Shown: positions 36,301-48,640 of the stretch, piece by piece
Numbering within the stretch: position 1 is the stretch's first letter
Layout of the letters: the number at the start of each line of letters is the position of its first letter
From: Nemertoderma westbladi
Lineage: Eukaryota; Animalia; Xenacoelomorpha
NCBI GenBank assembly: GCA_032718475.1
Contig: JAUCBJ010002579.1
Span: 1-64,000, forward strand
Direction: 5' to 3'
DNA: 64,000 nucleotides
Notes under the pieces: generated by a model
Told to the model about the DNA's origin: nothing
Databases searched by the model: none
What the model saw: the letters and a program-made list of their open reading frames with translations, nothing else
Position numbers and translations under genes: made by a program

Positions 36301-39028
36301 TAATAAAGGACGATCTTCCAGAAACCAAGACGCTTGGCTTGAAGTGGGACACTGAAAGAGATATCCTGTTTTTTCAACTAAAACAGCGAGATAATCCAGT
36401 TCGGACCAAACGGATTTGTTTAAGTATCCTGAGCACGTATTTCGACCCATTGGGATTTATTAGCCTAGTTATATTGATTGCTCGGAGTTTAGTACAACAA
36501 ATGTGGCTTGAAAACCACTCATGGGACGATCCGCTTAAGGGAGAACTGTTAAAGAAATGGATGAAATGGGAAGATTCTCTACCTGCCATCGAGAGCTTTG
36601 TAATTTCCCGTGCATATTTTGGTCATGTTCTTCCTACATATTCCTATCAACTCCATGTGTTTGGAGACGCCAGCGACATGGGAATAGGTATAGTAGCATA
36701 TCTGCGAGTCGAAACTCTGGATGGAATCAAAGTCGCCTTGGTTACCTCTAAGGCATTGATTAACAACAAGTTAAAGGTTCCTCAAGCGGAGTTAAAGGCG
36801 GCTTTATACGCTACAGCCATCGGCCGGAACGTAACAGAACAAATCGACTATCCACTGGAGAAAACTGTTTATTGGACCGACGCTTTACTCGTGTTGGAGT
36901 ATCTAACCAATGAAGTCTGTCAGTTCAGCGTTTTTGTTACTAACAGGGTAGCTATTATTCTTAGTCGCACAAAGATAGATCAATGGAGACATTGCCCTGG
37001 TACGATTAATCCAGCCGATATCGCCTCCAGGGGAGCGACTCCACAGGAACTGATAGATACTCCAGACTGGTTGGGTGGACTCGACTTCCTGAGCAAGGAA
37101 GAGGATGAATGGCCTCCTCACCTTACTACGGCGGAGATTAGACAAGCCAAGGGAGCGGAGACAGTCAAACCTAAAACCCGGGCGAGTAAATCGAAGTTAT
37201 TTAAACCGACGATCGATCTATCTGTATTACATACTTCCAGAAATGATGCTTCGGATCCACAATCCCTCGCCACAATTAAGTCTGTTGTGGAAATTAGAGA
37301 TAGAGATTGGAAATCTGGAATACCAGATGTCTCGCAAGGAATCTCAGCCCTGCTGCAGAGAGCAATGCATCACTACAGTTCCTGGAATCGGCTCTGTAAA
37401 GCCGTCACATATTTAAGGAGATGTTTTCATCATCACTACTCCAGGACGAAGACCATTAGTGATACCGCTCCATTGACATCTGCGCAAGTTCATGTTATTA
37501 AAAATTTACCCAAATATAAGACATCTGACCGGTTTCTCAAGGAGAAAATCAGTTACCAGGAGCATGAAGAAACCAATAAGCAGATACTGAGACTCCTGCA
37601 ATGCTATGAAGATTCCGATAAGTATTTCCTGTTGTTGAGAAATCCGCAGATGCGCTTACGGGATCGCTTCTCTAGCACAATGATAGATGGGTTAATACGT
37701 GTTGGAGGAAGGCTCACCAATGCGCCATTATCCTTTGACACTAAATTCCCCATACTCATTAGAAATCTTGAAGTACAAATCAAGATGATTGTAGATGTTC
37801 ACAGCAAACTTTATCATGCTGGTAGAGAACGAGTTCTTAGCGAAATCCGAACTCGCTATTATTTTTATAAACCCCGTAGAGCTCTGAACCAAGTTCTTAG
37901 GAACTGCATACCCTGTAGGAAAGCATTCAGTAGGCCTTTAACACAGCGAGAGGCAGAATTACCTAGGGAACGAGTAAGCTTCTATGAACCACCTTTTACT
38001 AATACTGGTGTAGATTTATTTGGCCCTATTGAAGTATATCGTGCTAGGACTATAGTCAAGAGATGGTGTGTCATCTTCGTATGCATGACTTGTAGAGCCA
38101 TCCATCTCGATATGGTGAACGATCTATCTACCAACAGCTTCGTATTAAGTTTACGCCGACAGATCGCTCGCTTCGGGACGAGTAATACCATGAGATCGGA
38201 TAAGGGAACGAACTTCATTGGTGCCAACAACGAAATACAGGCTTACGTGAAGGACTGGAACCAAAGACAGGTGGACGATCAGCTAAGGATAACAGCGTCT
38301 AGCTGGACCTTCAACGCCGCCGACGCCCCCTGGTGGGGAGGAAGTTGGGAGAGATTAATTAGAAGTGTCAAGACCGCATTTCACTTTATAGTGCCATTCC
38401 GTGCGTATCTCACCGACGAACTTTTGCGGACATTAATGGAGGAAATAGCTGCCTATCTCAACGAGAGACTGCTTATGCCAGTCTCATCGAGTCCCGATTC
38501 CCTGGAAGCGCTAACACCCGCGCACTTCCTACTGAAGAAACCTGTAGCCATGCTCCCACGATCGGAGATTTTTTTACCGACGGAGACGAATACTGCGATA
38601 CGGAGCGATCTCGAACTTGGCAACTTATGCAGTTGCTATCCCGTCGTTTCGCTGACCATTTCGAGAAACATTATCTGCCCACGCTACAACTTCGAACTAA
38701 GTGGTTTGCGCAGCAAGAAAACGTCAGCGCCAGAGATATGGTGCTTATTGTAGATCCAGACCTCCCACGTAAACGGTGGCAGACAGGTCGTATCATCGAG
38801 ACTCACATCTCGGATGATGGTTTAGTACGCTCGGTAGAACTCGTCGTCATGCGGCGTAACTTCAAGAAGCCAGGCATAATCTTTGAGACGCAACAACTCA
38901 ACCGCCCAGTTGGTCGTTTATGTTTACTGGAAAGAGACAGAGAACTCTCCGGAAACTATGGAAGGCAAGACACTCTTCCCACGACCACCTCCCTAATTCC
39001 TCAAACATCTAGGGACTCCCCAACGTGA
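33321..39028 (+). pseudogene. BEL/Pao LTR retrotransposon gag-pol (element BEL-A), 5'-truncated, one frameshift near 38530-38575
   Basis: Gag (EKLRFLIKCLEG..L..RYG), triple Cys/His knuckles (CALC..H..C, CYNC..GH..C, CAKC..HHILLH), protease LLDSGS, RT YMDD, RNase H FGDAS, integrase HHCC with GVDLFGP/SDKGTNF/GGSWERL, and a C-terminal WQTGRI..DGLVRSV..RPVGRLCLL. The domain order PR-RT-RH-IN and motifs are BEL-like. No LTR was found. Confidence 0.95.
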
Positions 39029-39569
39029 TACGTCTGGAGTGGGCGCATGACTATATTATTTTATCTATTTTATTATATTTTATATGTGAACATTATTATG
39101 TACTTTATTATAATCGTTTTTATTCAATTTTATTTAGTAGAAGGTTATTTTAGATTATTTGGTAGATTAGTGCAATATATTAGTGTTTATTACGTAATTA
39201 CATATATATAATATATATTTAGTGTGACGGCGAGAAATAATTTTTTCTCTTTCCTTACTGTCCGTATCATATTATAAATACGAGACTACAGTAAGATGAA
39301 ATGTCCGTACTTATTAAAGTACAATAAAGCCACTACTATATTCAAGTATTGTTGGTAGGCAGAGTATTAGGAATGCAAAGTTCAGATCCTCGTGTCTCGG
39401 CTAAACCAAGCTCTGGGTAGACCTTGGAAACGACTTGCCTCTTCACACTGACATTGCTTCGTGCGATATTGCTCTTCTACCTTATATTAAATAATACATA
39501 TAGTAGCGTGATGTCCCTCTAACAGTAGCGTAAAAACGCAAATAAATCTGTTAAACCTTTTGACCATCT

Positions 39570-39840
39570 GTAATTCTAGTCGATTAAGATATCGCGGCAC
39601 CCACCGATATACTTGAAAGACAAATTCTAGAATCAGTGGTTAACGTCCCCAGACAAGTTCTGGAATAAATTGGTGCCCATCTTAAATATTAATTTAATAT
39701 TTGTTAAAATTTTGTAAAATTCAGATCCTTTAAAATTTCTAGTCGATTAAGATATCGCAGTACTTACCGATACTCTTAAAAGACAATTTTATAGAATTAA
39801 GGATCCTAGGTCCCCAGACATGCTCTGGAATAAAAATTGT
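39570..39840. repeat. Two ~165-bp tandem units in the BEL-A post-pol spacer
   Basis: TTCTAGTCGATTAAGATATCGC...GTCCCCAGACA.G.TCTGGAATAAA occurs at about 39574 and 39737. Confidence 0.75.
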
Positions 39841-40653
39841 GTCAATTTTAACATCAAATAATAAAATTCACGGGAATAAATTTAAATTCATATTTTAAAT
39901 GAATTTCATAAATTGTCATTTTGTGCAATTTATAACATTCCCAAAATTCCATTAATTAATAGATCATGGGAGCGGAGATTCATCCTATTAAGCGTATTAG
40001 AGTGCGAGAATCTCCAACATATAGTCAATAGCCGATAAAATTAATAAAATCATGCATAAAGAGGATATTGACAATTAAAGAATTACTATTAAATAGCATT
40101 CCAGATCTGTATGCATGAGAATTACCCTAATTCTACCGCTAGCTTTCCATAATGTCACCATAGCAACACCCACGCTAGAATTAGAAGCAAGTTAAAAGAA
40201 CAATAGAAAGCTTGTCCCATTGCATAGCATAGAGAATACATAGCACACTGTTAGTATCCAAGGATACACAGTAATAACGTGACATTCTGGAAGGCACTGA
40301 CTAACGGACAAATGGCCTGTATGTGTACAATTGGTGACAGTTGTGTGGAATTTGTGCGTTTATAGGTGAATGTTACTGCTAAAGTATGTTTACAGTAGCT
40401 AGTCGCAATTGTAAAAGTAGCCCAACTCTCCTATAGAAAGAACCTAAAGTGGATCCAAGCCTTTGGGACGGACAGTGGAGTGACTTGTGCCGGTTATCGT
40501 TGTCGTGCTGTTGCTACATGTTGGCGTAAACACCGCGACGACGGTACATCGGCGCTGAGAATCCCACTGTCCGGGGGCAAAGAGAAGTAGGCAGCGACGC
40601 CCGCTCGCCTAGACATAAACTCATTTTGATATTAATAAACTCAGATAGCAGAT

Positions 40654-40842
40654 ATGACGGAGTTGATAGAAGATGATCTTGGTATTAGGGAGCGATATAC
40701 TCTACCTTTACAAGCATTTGTGGATAGCTTGATACGCGGTGAAGCCGATCCAACCATTACGGAGGACGATGGTCGTTATATCGAACCGCCGATGTCCCAA
40801 GAGCAACTTAAGTTTAAGTTACAAATCAGTTTTAACAGTTAA
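40654..40842 (+). pseudogene. Truncated N-terminus of a BEL-A accessory ORF3
   Basis: EDDGRYIEP resembles EDDLRYVEP in the N-terminus of the BEL-B accessory ORF (44481-44918,-). It occupies the same position downstream of pol and of a homologous spacer. Confidence 0.55.
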
Positions 40843-41220
40843 ATAGTTTAACAAATCAACTTAACTTAGTTTGTTAAGTCATTTCCAGTAGGACTAAATA
40901 AGTCAAACGACCTTCACACAAACATTAGAGTTTGATATATTTACAAATAGAGGAGTTCGGTAAAATAATCGGTGTAAGTAGTAGGTAGTGGAAGTATTGG
41001 GTCATATTATCTTCCAAATATAAAAAATACATAAATTTGACTAATACATCAAGTTTCACTCTAGAATGAGAAATACATATTGTTCGTTATTTACAAATGT
41101 GACAGTTTTATAATGTACTTAATGGTTGACGAACGAGTAACAGTAATTTTATAAAAGGTCAACAAGCTAACGGGTAGGAATCTTATATCATCGCTTTCTC
41201 TTGGGATGCTTAGGGGTGTT

Positions 41221-44200
41221 TCAGATAAATAGCCATTTTCTCTTCCTTGCAGGCGTTTGGGGTGCAGGTAACGCCACGTCATCGCTCGAAACTGTCTCGT
41301 TGGGTCTGGGATGAATGTCTACCGTGTCTGGCGCTGGTGAGGTAGGATGGTTGGTATATGTCCCAGTGGAGGTACTGGGCAAGGATAGGAACTCAACGGG
41401 TCTCATTGCGTCCGAGTCGACAGCCAGTCGATGGATCTCCATTCCAGGAGGAGCAGCTAAGCATTTCTGGATAGCAGCTTGCACTGGTCTGGAGGGGACA
41501 GTTTGGGTACAAAGCCGCCTGGTGGTTGCTTGTCAAGGGACTGGTCTTTCACATTGAGCGTGTTCGTTAAAAAACACGACGCAGTGGAAGCAACTCGGGA
41601 TGTTCTTCCAGGAACTGTGGACCATAAGCTGGGGAGTCTCTAATAAACTTTATTATGTCATATGACGCTATGCGCTCGGGATGTATATCGCGAAGGAAGC
41701 GTCGGGCGACACGAGTGTTTGTACAGGAGGCCACTCAGTTGAGGAGCTCATAACTTGGTAACCAAGCACGCCGATTATCTGTTGCACAGGTAAAGGGGGC
41801 AACTGCTTATACACCATGGTGAGCTTTCGCCGTGGCGTATTGGGACGCAGTAATCGCGTTAAGATCTATGCATCCTTCCCATGATCGAATATACCTGGTG
41901 ACATTTGTTTCGTCTTCAATCTCTATGTCAGAGCCAAAGGTGCAGCTTGGACTACTGTGTCCCTTGAGTTGACAACGCTCGCACTGGGTGGCGAAGATGA
42001 AACAGGAAAATAAGATATGATCATCGTTAACACGGCAATAGGGATAATGAAGTTTGATGCGATTATCAGTAAAGCGCTCACAAAGAACTCCAGGTTGAGT
42101 GGGAGCCTTGTGTGTGCGAAAACCGCAGTGAGCAACGGATGTATTTATATAACAACGCATAGCGGAAACCTCGAACCATGAGCCGCCCGGTCCCGCGATA
42201 CCAATCAATCAAAGCGGACTCATTGTCAGGAGTGAGCACGACAGGGGCGGCTACTGAGGTCGCTTCTAGTTGGATTGGTTCATCCGCTTGGTTGGGGACG
42301 TCTATAATTTCAGTTTGTATTTGTCCAATCATGAAGCCAGGTTTAATAAAGGGTCTCTCGATTACTGATTGATAGAGATTGGAAAGACATACGTCTCGGA
42401 ATATAGCGAAGCCACTGCTGGCTAGCCCATCCACTGCGGAGCGGCGGATCAATGTTGCCTGTCTGTCAATGTTGGCGAAGGGAGTTAGGAAACGCCAAAA
42501 ACATTCAAAGTTCAGGAATTTACCGAGTTCGTCGAGTTTGGCGAGTTGGGTTCCCAACAACAATTGGTGCGCTCTTAATGTGCAGCTACAGACATCCGCA
42601 AGCCATCCAGATAATGCTTGGTTCTCAAATATGAGGTATATCGTGAATGAAGGGCGCAAGGGAATGCTCATAAAGGGAAAGCCGTATACAGCGCCAGGGG
42701 CGGTGAGCAGTCCTTGAAAGTAATAAGGCGAATATGAATCACCATAAACTTGGGAATATGTCTCGCGATCGGTTTCTTTAAAGTTCCATCCAAACTCTTG
42801 AAACGCAATATGTCCAGAGGACGTATGGTCAACTCTGCTATACGTATCATACGTCGATACATACACCGAAAGAAGCTGCAGGATTGCGCCCATGGAAGGA
42901 TGACTTGGGTGTCGACAAAGGGGTATGGTATGCCATAGACTATAGGAAAATCGTCGGTTAAATCCGGATATATGGCCGAATCTGAGTTTATAAACCGATT
43001 CTTCCAGGAGAATATCCCATACGGGTTGCAGCAATAATGTTGCATCTATGCCCATGGCCGGGTGATGGTTCGTGTCATTGACATAAGCCTCCGCTGTAAC
43101 GAACTGTTGATGTCCCGCACGACATTAGTAGGCTGTCAAGGCTGGGAAAACGCTGTTTGTGCCGCGACAAGTATGCATGAAAACATGCGTGGCACCTACT
43201 ACTACTAGGATCGGCATGCTGCATTGCAGCTGCATTTTTAAGAATGCCGTGCCGGCTTGTCAACAAAATTGCACCACCACAACTCCCTATCAGCCATGAC
43301 ATTTGCTAGATCATCCGCATCTTTAAGGCCAGTGTCCTTTAAGATGCGTCTCAAGAAAGTCATGGCTGTCCACCATGCTTATTCACTCCATGAGGCTGCC
43401 AAAGTACAATATTATGCACTGGCTGGTCCTCACGGCGAAAGCAATGTCCTGCAAAGCGGAGGCGATTTTGTTCTAGTGTCAAGCTTGGGGGAACCAATGA
43501 GACACCTCCAATGTTATATAGTGTCTGGTTGGAGATGTGTGCATTGTACTTGACACAATGAACCCGGCGTAGCATTCTTGTGAATGTGCCATCCAGAGAT
43601 TTGGTGTCCTCAGTAGTTAGAGCCCAGCATGGACTCCCGTAGAGGAGTACTGGAACTACTGCTGCTCTAAATAATCGGACCTTAAGTTTCCGATTAATTC
43701 TCGGTGACTTCCAAATCCTGGAAAGCCAATTCAAGGCTGCCCATGCCTTTCCCTTACGTATTCGAAGGTCCTCACCTGACTTCCGGATCCATGATCCCAG
43801 GTACACAGAAGTCGTCCACATGCTCAAGCATACCATCCTTTGAGCTTATGCTCATCCGATCAGAGACTTGCTGAGGACTTTCAAAGTTAACTGTCAGAAT
43901 TTTGGTCTTTCTGGAGTTAATAAAAAGACCAACACTAGAAGCAGCATGTTCTAATGAGCTGAGGAGCCGTTGGGCTCCCTCTAATGATTCTGAGAGTACT
44001 CCTAAGTCATCAGCAAAGTCTAGATCAGTTAGGTACTTGGCAGGATTTCCTCGACTTCTGGAGCCAGTAGGTGGAGTTATCATCACCCCATCATCATTAT
44101 AATGATCTAAGGACATGCGTAGAACATAGTCAACCACAATAATGAACAAGAATGGTGCAAGTGTGTCTCCTTGGAGGACGCCCCATAACACTCCAAATGG

Positions 44201-44918
44201 TTCTGTGTCACCGTCAACAGTAGATACAAATGTTGTCGAACCATCGTATACTGATCTAATTGCTGCAATAATTTCATCAGGAATCCCATATAATGAAAGT
44301 ATGCTGAACATACGTGAGCGAGAGACTGAATCAAAGGCCTTGAAGAAGTCAACAAAGATAACAGCCAGATGCCTGTCTTTCTTTTTTGATAACTCTTCAA
44401 TTATCCTTCTAAGTGCCAAAATGGGCTCCATGGTCCCACGACCTTTACGGAACCCATTTTGATTTCCACGGAGCAGTCTCTCAATGGGATCCCTGCTGCG
44501 TGGCTCCAGTGAGGCCGTGGATATGAATCAACCGAGTTGAACCAAGCTCATGATCCAGCACTGAGCCTTCGTTATCGTAGATCATAAAGCCGTAACTGTG
44601 AATAGCATTGGCAGTATGTAACCATTCAACATTGGCCACTTTGGTGGTCAGTTCTACGATTTCCATAACGCATCCAACGAACCGGGTTGGTTCTCTACGC
44701 GCTATCCTTATAGATTTATAACTAGGCATTTCACTTGTGTTCGCATTTGGTTCGACATATCTCAAATCATCTTCAATGAAATGAAGGCAACATCCAAGTT
44801 CCAGTGAACGAGGCGATGGTAAACCATAAATGTTTCTCATACTCCGGTTATATTCCTCTGAGAGTCGTTGTCGCTGCGAATCGAGATTATCTATTGAGTC
44901 GTCATTAGAAGTATCCAT
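41221..44918 (-). pseudogene. Decayed accessory ORF3 of BEL-B (possible exonuclease-like region, zinc knuckles, basic tail), split by an RTE insertion
   Basis: Segments 44481-44918, 43075-43250, 42078-43055, 41807-42208 and 41221-41484. HCGFRTH..C, YC..DH..C and CERCQLKGHSSPSC parallel CDYCGRQTH..C, CLYC..SH..C and CSKCNFRGHYGRQC of 49318-50601. Several stops and frameshifts. Confidence 0.65.
43250..44482 (-). mobile_element. 5'-truncated RTE-clade LINE fragment (RT and C-terminal region); ends approximate
   Basis: NQNGFRKGR, FVDFFKAFDSV, GVLQGDTLAPFLF, LDFADD, YLGS, KVRLFRAAVVPVLLYG, RLRFAGHCFR. One frameshift near 43810. Confidence 0.9.
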
Positions 44919-46538
44919 AATTATTATAAATAATGGGCAAATATATTAATAATTCAACAGAAGTAAACCAATGAGTTTTTATAGGGCCGGCAATGTCAAG
45001 CCGCCCGTCCCTATCCCCAGGCACGGACCCAAGCTGCCCCTGGCTGCGTTAGCGCCGCTATGCCTACTCCCTATCCAACAGATGTGGAAGAACGGGTGGA
45101 AGACAAGCGGCTAACACGCAGGGGAAGCTTGAGACCAGTCTCTCCAAGGGCTGTCCGTCGGGGGTTGTATTGACTGTTATATTGCGACTGAACTTAGTCT
45201 GTAATAGGGTTTCAGTTCGCTACAGTAAACACACAGAGAATAGCTGTTATTTGTACTATCACGCAAACTAACACACCCAATGCCACATCACGCACAAATA
45301 TCCATTACAAATTCTACTATTTCCTGAATGTTAATATTTTAAATTTCCATGGATACATATTAAATAAATTTAAAGGTATTAATTTTAGGAAAAATATACG
45401 ATAAAGCTCTAGAAATTCAATAAAAGGGTTGCGTGAGTGACACACCAGCGTCCCAATATTTTAAATTAGCTATTAATTTATCAAGGATCAACATTCGGTA
45501 AATATAGCGGTAGAATAGGGTATCTCTCATTCACACAGATCTGGGCCTACTGTGATATTATTACATCTTTGTTGGTTGTATTATTTAATTTATTTACTTG
45601 ATTGTGCTTAAGTGGTGTTTGTCTGTATAGTATCGGTGTTTATACTATTGTCGTATTATTAATGTCGCAATTAAAGGGTTGGTTGGTGGTATTAAACCAT
45701 TAATGAATAATATAGATATAAATTTATGCGAACCGCGACCGTTCCCGTAATGCTTATTATTACAGTGACTTGAACGGATTTGTATGAATGTGATATTGTG
45801 TTAACAATATCAAGCTGAGTTGGTTCTTGAAGTTTCAAGCCAACTAATAATTGACATCTCTTACTGTACTCTGGCGATTGACAAGAAGCGGAAGTAGTAA
45901 TTAAGACTCTGCATAGAAGTATTATTGGGCCGTCATAATACAGCAAGACCAAGGTTTATTATTGTCATGCGCCATGTTTAATAATGACTTATCATGACTA
46001 GTGTAGTTTATTATAATTTATTTGTTACTCCCTTATGTACTAGGGTTATACAAGAAGTGGCGGGCCGTTTCCAGAATTTACCCAGAGTTTGGTTTAACCG
46101 AAATAAAGGATATGGATTCCGCATTCAATTGTATTGTCACTGTCATTATACAATTATTAAGGGTTTCGGTTGGTCGCGCGCCATGTTCAAAAAATGACTT
46201 ATTGCAACATGTTGTCAAGAATTGAGCTCAGGTTTCATGCGTCATGTGTATAACGACTTATCATAAAACATCCCACAATTCTTAATAATATTTTAGAATG
46301 TTCTAGAACAGAGATCAAGTTTCATGCACCGGGTATAAAACAATTTATCATGAAACATCCCATAGTCCTATTGTTATTTGGGACGTAAGCAATGTAAGAA
46401 TAAATTACGGTAGCCTGTCAAGCTAAATATATGGCATATTTTTAAAAACGTATGGGGTTAGTGGTAAACGACATAACATAACCCGTTCCCACGTTTGAGT
46501 ATGATATGCAGCGCACTCAAACGTTCCAAAGGAGTTAA

Positions 46539-47722
46539 CTAGTCCAATAAAACAGAAGTCAAGTCTGTTGGCTTGACTTCCTGCTTGGTGTAGTTGCCAG
46601 ATTGTTCGCATGCCATTTCTAACAGGCAGAGACGGTCTATGGGGCGGTTGAGTCTCTGCGGGACAAAGTTTAGTTTGCCATTTTCCCTCAACACTATGAG
46701 ATCTACTGATCTTACCGGGCCATCCGTGCTGACGTGTGTTTCTACTATCATTCTCCTTCCACATATGTGGAACGAGGTCTTGGCCCGCAATATAACTGGG
46801 CTGCTGAACCCCAGGGGGTCGAAATATGTGCTAAGTATGCTTAGGCAAATACATTTGGTTCGGGTATCGCCCTTTCTCAACTTCACTTTAAATACCATAG
46901 TATCGCTTTCTGTTAGCTAACGAAGACCTAATGTCTTAGTCTCCGGTAGGTCGTTCTGAACTGCCGAAGAATTTATTAAAAGGTCCGTTAGATATGAGCT
47001 TTGATCGTTCTGGTGTAATGTATTCTCAGCATGAATACCACTCACATCTGAGGCACGTTTCAGTAATTTTACACCCTGCGACGCTGTTTGTGAGTTGACT
47101 TTCTTATTTGTGAGGGTGAGATGGTCTTGAATTAAGGCCATTGTTGCTCCAAGTCATCATTTCTTTTTGATAAAGAATCAATGATTTCTTGGGAGTCGTC
47201 GTCGTTGCTCTGGGGTCGGGGTTGCCTGATATTTTGTGCATAATGGTCAACGTTATGTAGGCTGGGATCTAACGGGGGTGCAAAAACCTCTGAAGGTGAA
47301 AGAGGGTAACCTTGAAGAGATGCTTTACCTGGGATGTCTTGTGCAAACCTAACTCCATTCATGGGGTAGACTTCCCTTTGCCCGTCAGGGGGGGGGGGGG
47401 GGGGGGGGGGGCTGCAGTATTCAATATTATTGAATACTATTTTGTTTCGTAAAGCTAGATCAGCTTCCACACATTCGTTTTCCAGCTGTTTGGCTTCCAA
47501 CTGTAACTTTGTAGTTTCCTTAACAGCTTTCAGCTTTCGCTCTGTTGCTTCTTTAGCTGCTTCTAACTTTCTCTTGGCTGCTTTTTTAGCTGCTTCTAAC
47601 TGCAGCTCAGATATTTTCTTAGCTGCTTCCAACTGTATTTCAGCAGCGCGCTTGTTGGCCTTATTATGCAGCTGGCTTGCGTTTAACTGCAATTCCATTT
47701 CTAAGATTTCCTCATCAGCCAC
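46539..47722 (-). pseudogene. BEL/Pao element BEL-B: gag N-terminus and internally deleted pol remnants
   Basis: DLPETKTLGL..RTKCICLSILSTYFDPLGF is joined directly to IVETHVSTDGPVRSVDL..LNRPIDRLCLLE. Both blocks are close to BEL-A (DLPETKTLGL..RTKRICLSILSTYFDPLGF; LNRPVGRLCLLE). 47132-47722 is a coiled-coil segment with an AAK(K/E) repeat. Confidence 0.85.
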
Positions 47723-48051
47723 ATGCTCCTCTATCTATGCCCGCACATACCATATCAGCACTTTTCGGAATTGATACAATTACACAGAATAGATCACCCT
47801 TCAAAGAGTTTGGTATAACCATGAAACCATAAACTATGCTTTTTTGTTTCGTTGAATTCATTATTAGTAATCGAAAGTAAGATTAGAAGCAAAATTTTCA
47901 TTTTTTTATCAATTGATAGTAAAAGAGCACCAAAAGTGCAAGTAACACACGAACCACACGAACCTCTATACCTTTACAAGCCTCAGATCTTAAAGGTTAG
48001 GCCTACTATTACACGGAAAACATTCGATCATATATATACACTATACAGTTC

Positions 48052-48627
48052 TGTGACGGGATCCACCGAGGATCCCGGTTTATCCGGTTTCTTAACTACG
48101 CGTCCCCGCCGTGTGCGTGATAAGAGTTCTGGTTTTATTAACTCTGGCTATTGTTGGTCCATAGAATATAAATATAAAGCACAAGCACAAGCACAGTTGA
48201 AATAGAATAACGTGAGTACCGGTATTGTACTAATGAGATAGGCTGATAGCACTGGACGGAGACGGTGATAAGAGTCTCGGTACTACCCTAACTAACTGAC
48301 TTACTAAAGAGTGAATGAATGATACAGTGAAATGATAATATATTGCACCGGTTGGCCGCATTACACTACTCAGCCGATGCCTTCCCCCATTGGCTAATAA
48401 CTCACTTGTCACCCTCCCATCTCCCTGGGAGTACTTCCCCCCCGCTGCTGTCTCCCTCTCCCTCCCGGAGGTGTAACCTCTGACCCCCACTGTGTGTGTT
48501 CCCTTGGGGCCTATTGTCCCCGCTTATTGGGGTGACACGAGGTTGATTGGTAACCAACCTCGTGCTCCCAATATTGCTTAAAACCAACTCTGTGTGGGCC
48601 TGGTTAGCGGAATTGAATACACTAACA
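48052..48627 (-). repeat. BEL-C 3' LTR (576 bp)
   Basis: Direct repeat of 61104-61674, with about 17 substitutions and 2 indels counted by eye (~97% identity). AATAAA on the minus strand at 48134-48139. Confidence 0.96.
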
Positions 48628-48640
48628 CTCCCCCCATGCT
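48628..48640 (-). promoter_or_regulatory. Polypurine tract of BEL-C
   Basis: The minus strand reads ..ATGGGGGGAG immediately before the TGTTAG start of the 3' LTR. Confidence 0.85.

Noticed and set aside
39030-41220. LTRs for BEL-A or BEL-B
   Set aside because: I could not match this interval to 32950-33320, 47780-48050 or 61680-62090 by eye, so no LTR is called.
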